From Mobula hypostoma (taxonomy: Eukaryota), in contig NC_086108.1 in assembly GCF_963921235.1 (NCBI RefSeq), forward strand, positions 67,024,001 to 67,088,000: 64,000 bases of DNA. The letters are read 5' to 3'. Positions 25,140 to 36,764 of this stretch are shown here, piece by piece (the first letter of the stretch is position 1; every line of letters begins with the position of its first letter). Below the pieces are notes generated by a model. The model searched no databases, had not been told where the DNA came from, and worked only from the letters and a program-made list of their open reading frames with translations. The position numbers and the translations under genes were made by a program.

Positions 25140-26022
25140 TGTAACCGAGTGACCGTCGGATCTTACTCAGTATCGTTAAAGTGTACTTCGGCATCCATCC
25201 TGGTAATGATAGAACAGTTGTCTGTGTCTTTAAGGGAGACGGCGATGTCATTACGCACGGGTGGGATAGTGGGGAGACCATTTTGCTTTCTGCTGAAGAC
25301 GTGGTAGGGTGTTGGAATTGGGTTCCTCCCAGAGTGTGCTGGGCATGATGAGGAAAGGTGAGCATTAATTGACAATATCCATGTGAATTCGTTTATGCTT
25401 GTTGGCGGATCGAGAATATCGGTAATTTGACATGTTTTACATGTGGATGCTTTAGATTTCCACGAGTGAAGGAATCAACGCTGGGTAGCGTGGCTTATAC
25501 TAAGTTCCTCACCATCCAAGTAGGTCAGTCTTCCTGTAATTTAACTACCAGGCAGTACCTTGTAAAAGTTGTGCCAAAGTGTACCTTTTGTCTAACTTTA
25601 TCGTATCGGGACTGATTGTGCATGTAACCGCGTAGCGTGAATGTTTAGTTTCTGGTCGGAAGTTCAGCACGAGTGTACGTCTTAGATGAGATGTATTCGC
25701 TTACATTTTTCACTGTTATGTATAAGATGCAGGGTGGGTGGGATTCTAATGTTGTTTGTATTGTGTTCCTTCAGGTTTGCCACTGCCGTATTAGTACCAT
25801 ATTAGTTCTGGCATTTTTTTTAATACTGCATACGCAATTCTGTCCATACACAAGGGTGTGGATTGAAAGTTAAACTGAGATTGTAACAGCAAGAACTGGT
25901 TGTAAATTTGTTCGTTTTGTTTCGTGACGCTCTTCTGGCACTTAAACATCTGAAACAGATAAAGGAATTAAAACCCAAAAAAGTACTTGTTGTCCTGAGC
26001 GTGTACTTTTCCCCAGGCTACA
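25140..26022 (+). repeat. 5' LTR
   Basis: Starts TGTAACC and ends GGCTACA (imperfect terminal inverted repeat); direct repeat of 31615-32489. Confidence 0.95.
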
Positions 26023-26027
26023 AAATC

Positions 26028-26044
26028 TGGTACCAGGAGTGGGG
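26028..26044 (+). promoter_or_regulatory. Primer-binding site, tRNA-Leu(UAA)-type
   Basis: TGGTACCAGGAGTGGGG, 5 nt after the LTR, is complementary to the 3' end ...CCCCACUCCUGGUA-CCA of vertebrate tRNA-Leu(UAA) as I recall it. Confidence 0.85.
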
Positions 26045-26353
26045 CTAATTCCAAGCCAGTTGAGAGGGTTTCTGATTGTTGTATGCAGTATAATATACAG
26101 TACCTAATACAGTAATGGTGAAGACAGGACTGTGTTCCCGTTGGGCGGAGGAGAGAGCGCGGTAGAACCTCGTGGAAAGTGCGGTGGAGCCTCAGGAACG
26201 GGCTGGGACGTCAGCGACTGATGTTAGGACGCAGAGAGGAGACGTGGACGTGGGGAACTGTGGGCCGTGAAGCTATCGCGTTTGCAGCAAAGGACAGCAG
26301 CAGCTCCCTTTTGCAGGCTTGTTGTGTGAACTTTAAAGACTTGAGGTTTTACT

Positions 26354-27402
26354 ATGTCATGCTCAGAGGACACACCAGTTGAACTTGATTTGAATGAACA
26401 AATTAGGGAATTGCGTAGTAGGTACGATGAAGTCATGGCAACCATAGATACATTAGGCAGGAGGTCCTATGTATATGTCCCAAGGGAAAGGCACATTGTT
26501 CCATTTACGGGGGATGCTGAGAAAGATGGGAGGTCTGTTGATGACTTTATTGAAGAAGTACAACATGCACTTCATAGTAGAATTCAGTCTGACCAGGATC
26601 AGTATGACTTTGTTATGTCCCTGCTCAGGGGTGCAGCCTTAGAGGAAACACGTATGCGCATGGTGCTGGGGAAGACTGCGCTGATGACTTGTTCACCTAT
26701 CTCAGGGAAGCTTTTAGAGACAAGCCTAGTGCACCCCAGCTCTGGCATGGCTTCTACAGTCGCAAGCAGCTTGAGGGTGAAGATGTACGAGAGTTTTCAC
26801 ATGTCTTAGCCCAAGCTCTTAACTTAGTACTGAAGCACTCCCCTGATGCTGTGACCAATGAGAGGGTGGTGTGAAGAGATCAATTTATAGAGGGGATCAG
26901 GGATCCTTCCCTCAGAAGGGAGCTCCACAGATTCGTGCGGAACCACCCTGAGTCCTCAATGATAGAAGTGAGGGAGGAGGCTCGTCTGTGGCTCATAGAA
27001 GAGCCTTTGGGAAATACAAGGTCTGGAAAGTCAAAGTGTAGCAGTAGCCAGGCACAGTGCTTGATTCTTAAAGCTGAGGAATCTGAGTCTGTCACACTAG
27101 ATGACATCCTTAAAGTGGTCACAGAGCAGGGCAAAGCCCTTTGTGAATTGACTCAAGCAGTGAAAGATCTCACTGTGCAGAGGGATTTTACAGGCACTAC
27201 TAGCAGCAGACGTAATTTACAGTCTAGGTTCACAGAAGATGGGCAACCAATATGTTTCAAGTGTCAGGTGGGAGGGCATTTAGCCAAGAATTGCCCACGG
27301 AAGCGGGGTGCAAGTGAAGTGGAGTCTGCATCCTCCTGCCCTCAGGAGGTTGGGAGTCGGGCAATTCGGCAGAACCTCATAGATACAGATAATGTACAGT
27401 GA
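26354..27402 (+). pseudogene. Gypsy gag (frameshifted)
   Basis: Three ORF pieces (26354-26809, 26689-26874, 26935-27402); capsid-like YVYVPRERHIVPFTG..VDDFIEEV and a CCHC knuckle CFKCQVGGHLAKNC. Confidence 0.85.
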
Positions 27403-27414
27403 TCCCGTGACCAG

Positions 27415-30400
27415 TTGCTGCAAGGCGCCATAGGAACATGTCCAGTTGCGGAGCTTGAAATATCAGGTGTCGCTGTCTGTTGTCTTTTGGACACAGGTAG
27501 TCAGGTAAGCACCCTGACCGAGCAGTTCTTTCGAGAACACTTGAATGGAGAGGACGAGGATATGGTGTCCACTGCTGGCTGGCTTAGGCTAGCAGCTGCA
27601 AACGGTCTCGATATTCTTTGCCTTAGTTATCTAGAGCTAGAGGTTCAAGCAATGGGCATGAAGATACCAAATTGTGGCTTTCTAGTCGTCAGGGAACCTG
27701 TTAGCACCGAACTCCCTATCCCATGTATTGTAGGCATGGGCATTATCAGCCAGTGTAGGCAACTTGTCTACGCAGAGTTTGACACCACCCTAGAAGGGAA
27801 GCTGGATTCTGATGGGAGAGATGTTTTCCAGAAAGTGCAGATGCACACTACCGAAAAGAAAGCAGTAGTCCGAGTATTGGGAAAAGATACTGAGCACATA
27901 TCTGCTGGATCTGTAGTCACTACTGCGGCTAGCAAGGCCACTGGCGATGCTGGTAGTGGCCATAAAATGTTACTTGAGCCATGTAACACCCCTTTACCAG
28001 GAGGTATTGTAGTCATTCCTACGCTCATCGACTCTGGTAATCGTACAGTGCCAGTGCAGATTTTAAACCTCTCTCGAGAGGACGTATGGTTCACACCTAG
28101 GACCCGGCTGAGTATCCTGTCAAAGGTGGAGTGCGTGGATAGTGATCCACAATGTGCAGTAAGATTTCAGTGGATCTCAGCCGGCATTGATCACTTGATG
28201 ATGGGTGTAAAGGAGGAGTGTAGTAACCACAAGTTAAAGTCAATTCTAGACAAGCTCGACACTGGGGGTAGTAAAGGACAACAAGCTTAGCTAAGAGCTT
28301 TACTGGTTAAGTACCTGGATATCTTTGCAGTTGAAGTGGAAGACCTTGGGTACACTGACAAGGTTAAGCATGAAATTCAGTTAATTGATGAAGAGCCTGT
28401 TTCACAGCCATACTATCGCGTTCCACGGAATCAGTACAATGAAGTGAAAGAGCACATCTCAAAGTTGTTAAGGGCGTGATTCAGGAGAACAATAGTGCAT
28501 ATGCTTCAACTGTGGTGTTGGTCCGGAAGGCGGATGGTAGCATAAGACTGTGTGTAGATTATCAGAGACTGAATCTTAAGACCAGAAAGGACGCGTTCCC
28601 GCTCCTGCGTATTGATGAGAGTTTTGATGCCCTGCGGGGAGTGCAACTTTTCTCGACAATAGACCTCGTGAGTGGTTACCACCAAGTGGCGGTAGAGGAG
28701 CGTGATAGGCATAAGACTGCTTTATCGACCCCGTTTGGTCTGTATGAATATCTTCGCGTGCCGTTTGGGGTCTACAATGGACCGGCGACATTTCAAAGGC
28801 TCGTGCAGGCAACCATGAATGACTTAGTTTTCCAAAGCATGCTTGTGTACTTGGATGATATTCTAGTGTATTTGCAGACTTTCCAGGAACACTTGGAGAG
28901 GCTCGACATTGTGCTTACGTGCCTCCAGGAGACTGGTCTGAAGGTAAAATTGGAGAAGTGTCATTTTCTGCAGTCAGAGGTCAAGTTCTTAGGACACCAA
29001 GGGGATAGGCACCAATCCTGAGAAGGTCTCAGCTGTTCAGCAGTGGCCAGTACCACCGACAGTTAAGGACTTAAGATTGTTCTTGGCTTTTGCAGTTATT
29101 ATCGATGATTCATTCAGGGATTCTCAAAGATTGAGGTCCACTGCATGATGTAGTGAATTTGTGTACTAATGTAGGGAGTCCAAGTAAAACAAACCGGCTG
29201 TTACAACAGTCTTGGATGGAAGAATGTCAGACTGCCTTTGACTTGCTCAAAGAGAAACTGACCAGTTCCCCCATCCTTCACTTTGCCGATTTCTCCCAGC
29301 CCTTTATAGGGGAGATCGATGCCAGCAGTCATGGGCTAGGAGCTGTGTTATACCAACAGCAGGGAGGGGGAAAGAGGGTTATTGCATATGCAAGCCGGTG
29401 ATTAAGGAATGCTGAAAAGAATGATAGGAATTATAGCAACATGAAATTGGAGCTGCTTGCACTTAAGTGGGCTGTGGTAGAGAAGTTTTGTGGATACTTG
29501 TTGGGTTCCAAATTCACTGTAATCACTGACAATAACCCCCTATCCCACTTGAAAACAGCCAAGCTGGGAGCAGTGGAGCAGAGATGGATCTCACAGCTGT
29601 CAGTGTTTGAGTTCGATGTCCAGTATCGTCGGGGTCGGAGCAATACCATGGCTGATGCATTCTCTAGGCAGCCATTTGCAGGGGATCCTGAGCCTGCCTC
29701 AGAAGATGTGGAGTTTGATGGGGCTGTGGCGATCTGTAGTTTGATCAATCGCTGCACTGCCCTTGACCCGGCACTGGTTACCTCTGGTCTTAACAGCTGT
29801 AGGGTTAAGCAAATTCAAGCCTGGGAAGCTGGTACTTGTGATGTAAGGGGTCCGACGCAAGGGAACACTCCAACCCTCCCAGGTTATTCTAATGGGGACT
29901 TGCGTACGTTTCAGCAGCAAGACCCGGTGTTAGGTGTCCTAAGAGACTTATGGGATCAGAAAAGGAAGCTGAGTGGCCAGGAGCGTAAAACTCTGCCTAA
30001 GCCTGTTTTGTCTCTGTTAAGGCACTGGGACAGTATCAGGGAACGTAAAGGGTTACTGTATAGGGTAGTTGAGGATGAAAAGCTTGGGGAGTGTTACCAG
30101 CTTCTGATACCTAACAGCTTGAGGAGCAAAGTGTTAGAGTATGTACATGATTCTATGGGCCATCAAGGCATAGAATGTACTCTGCAGTTGTTGAGAAGCC
30201 GATGTTTTTGGGTGGGCATACACGAGGATGTGGCACGGTGGGTCAAAAATTGTCCATGTTGTGTACTAATTAAGATGCCGCAGCCTAGGATCCGCCCCCC
30301 CCGCCCCAAAAAGTCATTTCTGGCTTCTAGACCACTTGAAGTTGTAGCGGTAGATTTCACTGTGTTGGAGCCAGCAAGTGATGGGCGTGAGAATGTCTTA

Positions 30401-31601
30401 GTGGTCACGGACGTTTTCACTAAATTTACCCAAGCATTTCCGACTCGGGATCAAAAGGCAGATACCACAGCAGGGTGCTCTTGAGGGAATGGTTCATGAA
30501 GTATGGTGTTCCTGAGAGGTTGCATCCTGACCAGGACCGTAACTTTGAAAGTGAGGTCATAGCGGAGCTTTGCAAACTATACGGGGTAAAGATAAGCCGT
30601 ACCACACCACATCATCCTACTGGCAACGTGCAGTGCGAGTGTTTCAACAGGATGATGCATGATCTGTTGTATATGTTGCCTTCTGAAAAGAAGCGCAGAC
30701 GGCCAGAACATCTACCCGAGTTGGTGTATGCATATAATGCGACACCTCACACAACCACCGGGTATTCTCCTTACTGTCTGTTGTTTGGGGTGGATCCCCA
30801 CTTGTCCGTGGATGCTCTGCTGGGGCAAGAACAGACGGTGGACCAGAAACATGACACCAGAGCCGACTGAGGGATGCGCATGCCAGAGCAAAAGAATACT
30901 CTGAACAGAAGGCAGCAGAATGCATTGCCTGGCAGGAGGACAAAGTGTACTGTCCCAAAGTTGATGTGGATGTGCTGGTTTACCTGAGGAACAGACCATT
31001 AGGCCGTAATAAGATCCAGGATGCTTGGAACTCAACTGTCTACAGGCTGGTAGAGGTACTAGACAACACATACACTGTGGAACCTTGGGAGGGTGGGCCT
31101 AGCAAGAGGGTGAACAGGGTCGACATCAGGCCCGGTGAGAACCATCCCACTCCAGCTACCCGAAGGAGACTGCAATCTCCAGTAACTCAGGCCAGCTCAC
31201 CCCTGGGGCATGAATCAGATTCTGAGGAATCAGAGAATGGTGTGATAGTGGTGGAAGATATGTCAGAACAGAGTGTACAGAGTCTTGACCCTAGCCTAGA
31301 CAGCATATCTTCCGAAAATATGACACCTTCTGGAACTGAGATGGGGGAGCCGACGACGGCTAATGCAGGGGCAGAGGTCGGTAGCCCTCTTGCAGCAGCA
31401 CCCTGCAGGAGTAAACGAGTAAATGCTGGACAGCACCCTAGCCCACATCACGAACCAAGGTCAGTCCTTGATGAGGTCTCCATAAGTCTGGCAGCAGTGT
31501 CTGAGATACTGGCTAGTCTCAGTTCAGTCCTCTTTAGAGAAGCAGTTAAGGAGGTTAAAAGTACCCTTGTAGTGAGCGAGTATTCAAGGACGATTACTTG
31601 A
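27415..31601 (+). pseudogene. Gypsy pol (protease, RT, RNase H, integrase with long C-terminal tail), disrupted
   Basis: LLDTGSQVS (protease); LCVDYQRLN, VPFGVYNGPATFQR and YLDD (RT); DASSHGLGAVL and LELLALKWAV (RNase H); HDSMGHQG..CPCC, VAVDF and HPDQDRNFES (integrase). Several in-frame stops and frameshifts. Confidence 0.93.
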
Positions 31602-31605
31602 ATGC

Positions 31606-31614
31606 AGGGGAGAA
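31606..31614 (+). promoter_or_regulatory. Polypurine tract
   Basis: AGGGGAGAA immediately before the 3' LTR. Confidence 0.75.
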
Positions 31615-32489
31615 CGTAACCGGGTGACCGTCGGATTTTACTCAGTATCGTTAAAAGTGTACTTAGGCATCCATCCGGGTAATGATAGAATAGTTGTCTG
31701 TGCCATTATGGGAGACGGTGATGACATTACGCACGCATGGGATAGTGGGGAGACCATTTTGCTTTCTGCTGAAGACGTGGTAGGGCGTTGGAATTGGGTT
31801 CCTCCTAGAGAGTGCTGGGCATAATGAGGAAAGGTGAGCATTAATTGACAATATCCATGTGAATTCGTTTATGCTTGTTGACGGATCGAGAATATCGGTA
31901 ATTTGACATGTTTTACATGTGGATGCTTTAGATTTCCACGAGTGAAGGAATCAACGCTGGGTAGCGTGGCTTATACTAAGTTCCTCACCATCCAAGTAGG
32001 TCAGTCTTTCTGTAATTTAACTACCAGGCAATACCTTGTAAAAGTTGTGCCAAAGTGTACCTTTTGTCTAACTTCATCGTATCGGATTGTCCATGTAACC
32101 GCGTAGCGTGAATGTTTAGTCTCTGTTCGGAAGTTCAGCACGTGTGTACATCTTAGATGAGAGGTATTCGCTTACATTTTTCGCTGTTATGTATAAGATG
32201 CAAGGTGGGTGGGATTCTAATGTTGTTTATATGGTGTTCCTTCAGGATTACCACTACCATATTAGTACCATATTAGTTCTGGTATTTTTATACTGCATAC
32301 GCAATTCTGTTCATACACAAGTGTGTGGATCAAAAGTTAAACTGAGATTGTAACGGCAAGAACTGGTTGTAAATTTGTTTGTTTTGTTTCGCGACCCTCT
32401 TCTGGCACTTAAACATCTAAAACAGATAAAGGAATTAAAACCCGAAAAAGTATTTGTTGTCCTGAGCGAGTACTTTTCCCCAGGCTACT
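31615..32489 (+). repeat. 3' LTR
   Basis: Direct repeat of the 5' LTR with altered termini (CGTAACC...GGCTACT). Confidence 0.95.
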
Positions 32490-33054
32490 TGTAAATTGTC
32501 AAATTGATTGACACACATCCAGCAGAAGTCCCTTTTTAAAAAATCGAAAATTCAGACAGAATGTACTGGAAACCCTCATCAGATCAGACCGCTGTGGGAG
32601 GAGAAACAGAGTTAACATTGCAGGTCAAACATCAGTTCTGACAAATCGTGTTTGACCCGGAACATTAGCTGTTTCTCTTCCCACAGCATTTTCTGTTTCT
32701 GTTTCAGAAACTTTATTGACCTAATATATTGGCAAGGCACAACATACAGAAAGCACAAATTCTATTCCCTAGGGAGTACCTCAGTCCCACTCTCTGGCAA
32801 CTGTCAGAAACATAATCAGGCTACTCTCCAGGATGAGCTTCAGAACCAATATCCATATAATTACTGAAACTGATTGTTTCCATCTCTGTCACAGAGTCAT
32901 AGTGTAGACTCTAAGTTACTGAACTAGAAAGCAATCGATTTACCTAGTCCAAATCTGCACTGCCTCTACTTAACTGCTGCTGAAAAGTGCATCCATCTTA
33001 TTCCATGTTTAATCACCCAAGACTCTTCAGCCAGTCTCCCTCTTTTATTTTTTA

Positions 33055-34303
33055 TCATAGTCATAGTCATACTTTATTGATCCCGGGGGAAATTGGTTTT
33101 CATTACAGTTGCACCATAAATAATAAATAGTAATAGAACCATAAATAGTTAAATAGTAATATGTAAATTATGCCAGTAAATTATGAAATAAGTCCAGGAC
33201 CAACCTATTGGCTCAGGGTGTCTGACCCTCCAAGGGAGGAGTTGTAAAGTTTGATGGCCACAGGCAGGAATGACTTCCCATGACGCTCTGTGCTGCATCT
33301 TGGAGGAATGAGTCTCTGGCTGAATGTACTCCTGTGCCCACCCAGTACATTATGTAGTGGATGAGAGACATTGACCAAGACGGCATGCAACTTAGACAGC
33401 ATCCTCTTTTCAGACACAACCGTGAGAGAGTCCAGTTCCATCCTCACAACATCACTGGCCTTACAAATGAGTTTGTTGATTCTGTTGGTGTCTGCTACCC
33501 TCAGCCTGCTGCCCCAGCACACAACAGCAAACATGATAGCACTGGCCACCACAGACTTGTAGAACATCCTCAGCATCATCCAGCAGATGTTAAAGGACCT
33601 CAGTCTCCTCAGGAAATAGAGATAGCTCTGACCCTTCTTGTAGACAGCCTCAGTGTTCTTTGACCAGTCCAGTTTATTGTCAATTCGTATCCCCAGGTAT
33701 TTGTAATCCTCCACCATGTCCACACTGAGCCCCTGGATGGAAACAGGGGTCACCGGTACCTTAGCTCTCCGCAGGTCTACCACCAGCTCCTTAGTCTTTT
33801 TCACATTAAGCTGCAGATAATTCTGCTCACAGCATGTGACAAAGTTTCCTACCATAGCCCTGTACTCAGCCTCATCTCCCTTGCTGATGCATCCAACTAT
33901 GGCAGAGTCATCCGAAAACTTCTGAAGATGACAAGACTCTGTGCAGTAGTTGAAGTCCGAGGTGTAAATGGTGAAGAGAAAGGGAGACAAGACAGTCCCC
34001 TGTGGAGCCCCAGTGCTGCTGATCACTCTGTCGGACACATAGTGTTGCAAGCACACGTACTGTGGTCTGCCAGTCAGGTAATCAAGAATCCATGATACCA
34101 GGGAAGCATCCACCTGCATCGCTGTCAGCTTCTCCCCCAGCAGAGCAGGGCGGATGGTGTTGAACGCACTGAAGAAGTCAAAAAACATGACCCTCATAGT
34201 GCTCGTTGGCTTGTCCAGGTGGGCGTAGACACGGTTCAGCAGGTAGACGAAGGCATCCTCAACTCCTAGTTGGGGCTGGTAGGCGAACTGGAGGGGATCT
34301 AAG
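33055..34303 (-). mobile_element. Young 5'-truncated Rex1/Babar-like LINE with an uninterrupted RT C-terminal ORF (33205-34197, 330 aa)
   Basis: DFFSAFNTI, GAPQGTVLSPFLF, KFSDDSA, LNVKKTKELVVD, YKYLG, KKGQSYLYFLRRLRSF; 3' tail (ATGACT)n. Confidence 0.9.
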
Positions 34304-34962
34304 TTATAAATCCTAAATCACCCAAATTCTGTTGCCTGCATCCGAATTCCAACTAAGAACAGTCCCAGGCAACAGCATTCCATCCTCTGAAAGGTAATAT
34401 GATGTCACAAAATAGGTAATATAAAAGACAGCATGCATCTAAAACAATTTCTGTATGAGGAAGGATCAACTATACTGGGTTGTATACTCGAGTATTTAGA
34501 AAAATGAAAGGAGATCTCTTTGCATGTTGTAAAATTCCGACAGGACTGGTACAGAGACGATGTTACCCCTGGTTGAGCTGACTAGAACCAGGAGTCACTC
34601 CCAGAATGAGATGAGGGGCATTTGAGCCTGAGATAAGGAGAAATTCTTCCATTCAGAGGGTGATGCTCTACCCTGGTTGCAGAACCTATAGATTTCTGAC
34701 ACCAGAATCAGACCAAGGTTTATTATCTCTGACATAAGTATGAGGCCATAAAATTGTAAGAGTACAACCCATCAAGTTTGTTCCACCATTCAATCATGGC
34801 TGATTTATTTTCCCTCTCAACCCCATTCTCTTGCCTTCTCCCCATAGGCTTTGCTGTGATATTTGTTCTTATGTGGCAGTTGTATTGTGTAAGACATAAA
34901 GCTACTATAAGTTACAAGGAAGCAGAGGATCCAGTTGCAGAGGGAAGTACAGAGGGTCAGGT

Positions 34963-35586
34963 TTATGATTATGAAGACACGCAGTCCTCTCTTATTGTCA
35001 TTTAGTAATGCATGCATTAAGAAATGATACATTATTTCCTCCGGTGTGATATCACAAAACACAGGACAAACCAAGACTGAAGAAACTGACAAAACCACAT
35101 AATTATAGCATATAGTTACAAACAGTGTAACAATACCATAACTTGATGAAGAAGTCCGTGAGCACAGTAACGTTCGAAGTTTCTCAAATATCCCACATCT
35201 CACGCAGACGGGAGAAAGAAGAAAAACTTTCCCTGCCATGCCGACCACAATCCGACTCTGAGTCATCCGAAAACTTTGAGTTCTGATCAGCTGTCCGACA
35301 CCGAGTACTGAGCGCCATCTCCGTCCGAACGATTCGACCTCCTTCTCGGTCGCCAAAAGCAGGCAGGGCCGGGGATTTTGAGGCCTACCTTCCGAAAGAT
35401 TCCCGATTGCGCAGTAACGACAGCAGCGAATGGGCGTTTCAGAAATTTCTCCAGATGCTCCTCTGTGCTTTCACGTCCATTCTCCATCAAATCAGAATTG
35501 TCCACAGCCCCTATTTAACAGATACGATATCATTTTCACCAGAGGGCTGCGCACGCATGGTGCACCGCCATCTTCTCCGCCCGCCT
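34963..35586 (-). mobile_element. Probable non-autonomous retroelement (SINE-like), CpG-rich
   Basis: Minus-strand 5' end GGCGGAGAAGATGGCGG and 3' end gacaataagagaggactgcgtgtcttcataatcataa, resembling LINE-type tails. Retained CpGs suggest it is young. Confidence 0.55.
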
Positions 35587-36403
35587 GACGTTTTGGAACT
35601 TATTGACTGGTACTGAGGGAATAATGGACACTAAGGAAATCGAGACATTTGAAGATGGTGCAGCAAAATGTTGTTAAAGCAGATCAGTCATGATTTTATA
35701 AAATGGAAGGGCAGGATTGAAGGGCCAAATAACCTCCTCCAGATCCTATTTCTTACATTTTTAGCCATTGTAACAGTCTACTGCCAACATTGGTACTAAT
35801 ATTGGAACTGCTGCCAACTAGACAGGGTTACAAATAAAAGAAAGTGTTAAATTAACTAAACTAACACGTCAGACAGAAGGAAGTAATTTACAAAAACAAC
35901 TTCCAGCCTCTAGCCAACAACTTTATTCCCCAGTCTGAAGAGATCACAGTTAATCAAAAATCATTGTAGGTGTGTAGACACTGGTTAATCATTAGTACTG
36001 TTATCTGCAATCCTTGGACCATGATTCATTGAGGCAACAGCTGTCCTGGATGTTGAACATTCCTGAAGAACTCTTTTTATTTAAGAGTCTTGATCCTGCT
36101 CTTTTGTTTGGAGTACCTCATCACACTTTTATTTGGTTGTTTGTTACACTTGTAACCTTTTTATGTACCTCCCATTATCCCCCGCTTTGTAAGGTTCAGC
36201 ACACCACTTACTGTAGATGTCCCATCACTCGTTCACAACATCTTTTCCTGTCACAGCTCCAGTATCGTACAAATTGAGTGAAATGAAAACCACCAAAAAG
36301 GCAAAATACCAGAGTGGAGCATACAGAGAAAGGGAAGCGAGGGCGAGAGAATTCAAAATGAATCAGGTGGCAATTGAAAGGAGAGAAAAGAAAATATAAG
36401 GTA

Positions 36404-36764
36404 ACACACATAAAAGTTGCTGGTGAACGCAGCAGAGCAGGCAGCGTCTCTAGGAAGAGGTACAGTTGATGTTTCGGACCGAGACCCTTCGTCAGGACTA
36501 ACTGAAAGAAGAGCTAGTAAGAGATATGAAAGTGGGAGGGGGAGGGGGAGATCTGAAATGATAGGAGAAGACAGGAGCTCCCCCTCCCCCTCCCACTTTC
36601 ATATCTCTTACTAGCTCTTCTTTCAGTTAATCCTGACAAAAGGTCTCGGCCCGAAACGTCGACTGTACCTCTTCCTGGAGATGATGCCTGGCCTGCTGTG
36701 TTCACCAGCTACTTTTATGTGTGTTGCTTGAAATTCCAGCATCTGCAGATTTCCTCGTGTTTGT
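36404..36764. mobile_element. Fold-back (inverted) Penelope-like terminal-repeat insertion with two hammerhead motifs
   Basis: Exact 14-bp TSD GAAAATATAAGGTA (36390-36403, 36765-36778). Arms about 36404-36550 and 36578-36725 are reverse complements. Hammerhead-like motifs at 36464-36499 (-) and 36629-36664 (+). Confidence 0.9.

Larger units (their letters stand above)
25140..32489 (+). mobile_element. Full-length Ty3/Gypsy LTR retrotransposon, inactivated by stops and frameshifts
   Basis: Two LTRs of about 880 bp, PBS, PPT, domain order gag-PR-RT-RH-IN, flanked by (T)TGTA on both sides. Confidence 0.96.

Noticed and set aside
30945..31601. 218-aa ORF before the 3' LTR as a possible env or accessory gene
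   Set aside because: It has no signal peptide or transmembrane segment. It reads as the frameshifted integrase C-terminal tail (KIQDAW..VYR..YTV, acidic linker, RSKRVNAGQH).
25427..32353. Near-identical short ORFs at 25427-25873 and 31903-32353
   Set aside because: They are chance ORFs duplicated because they lie in the two LTRs.
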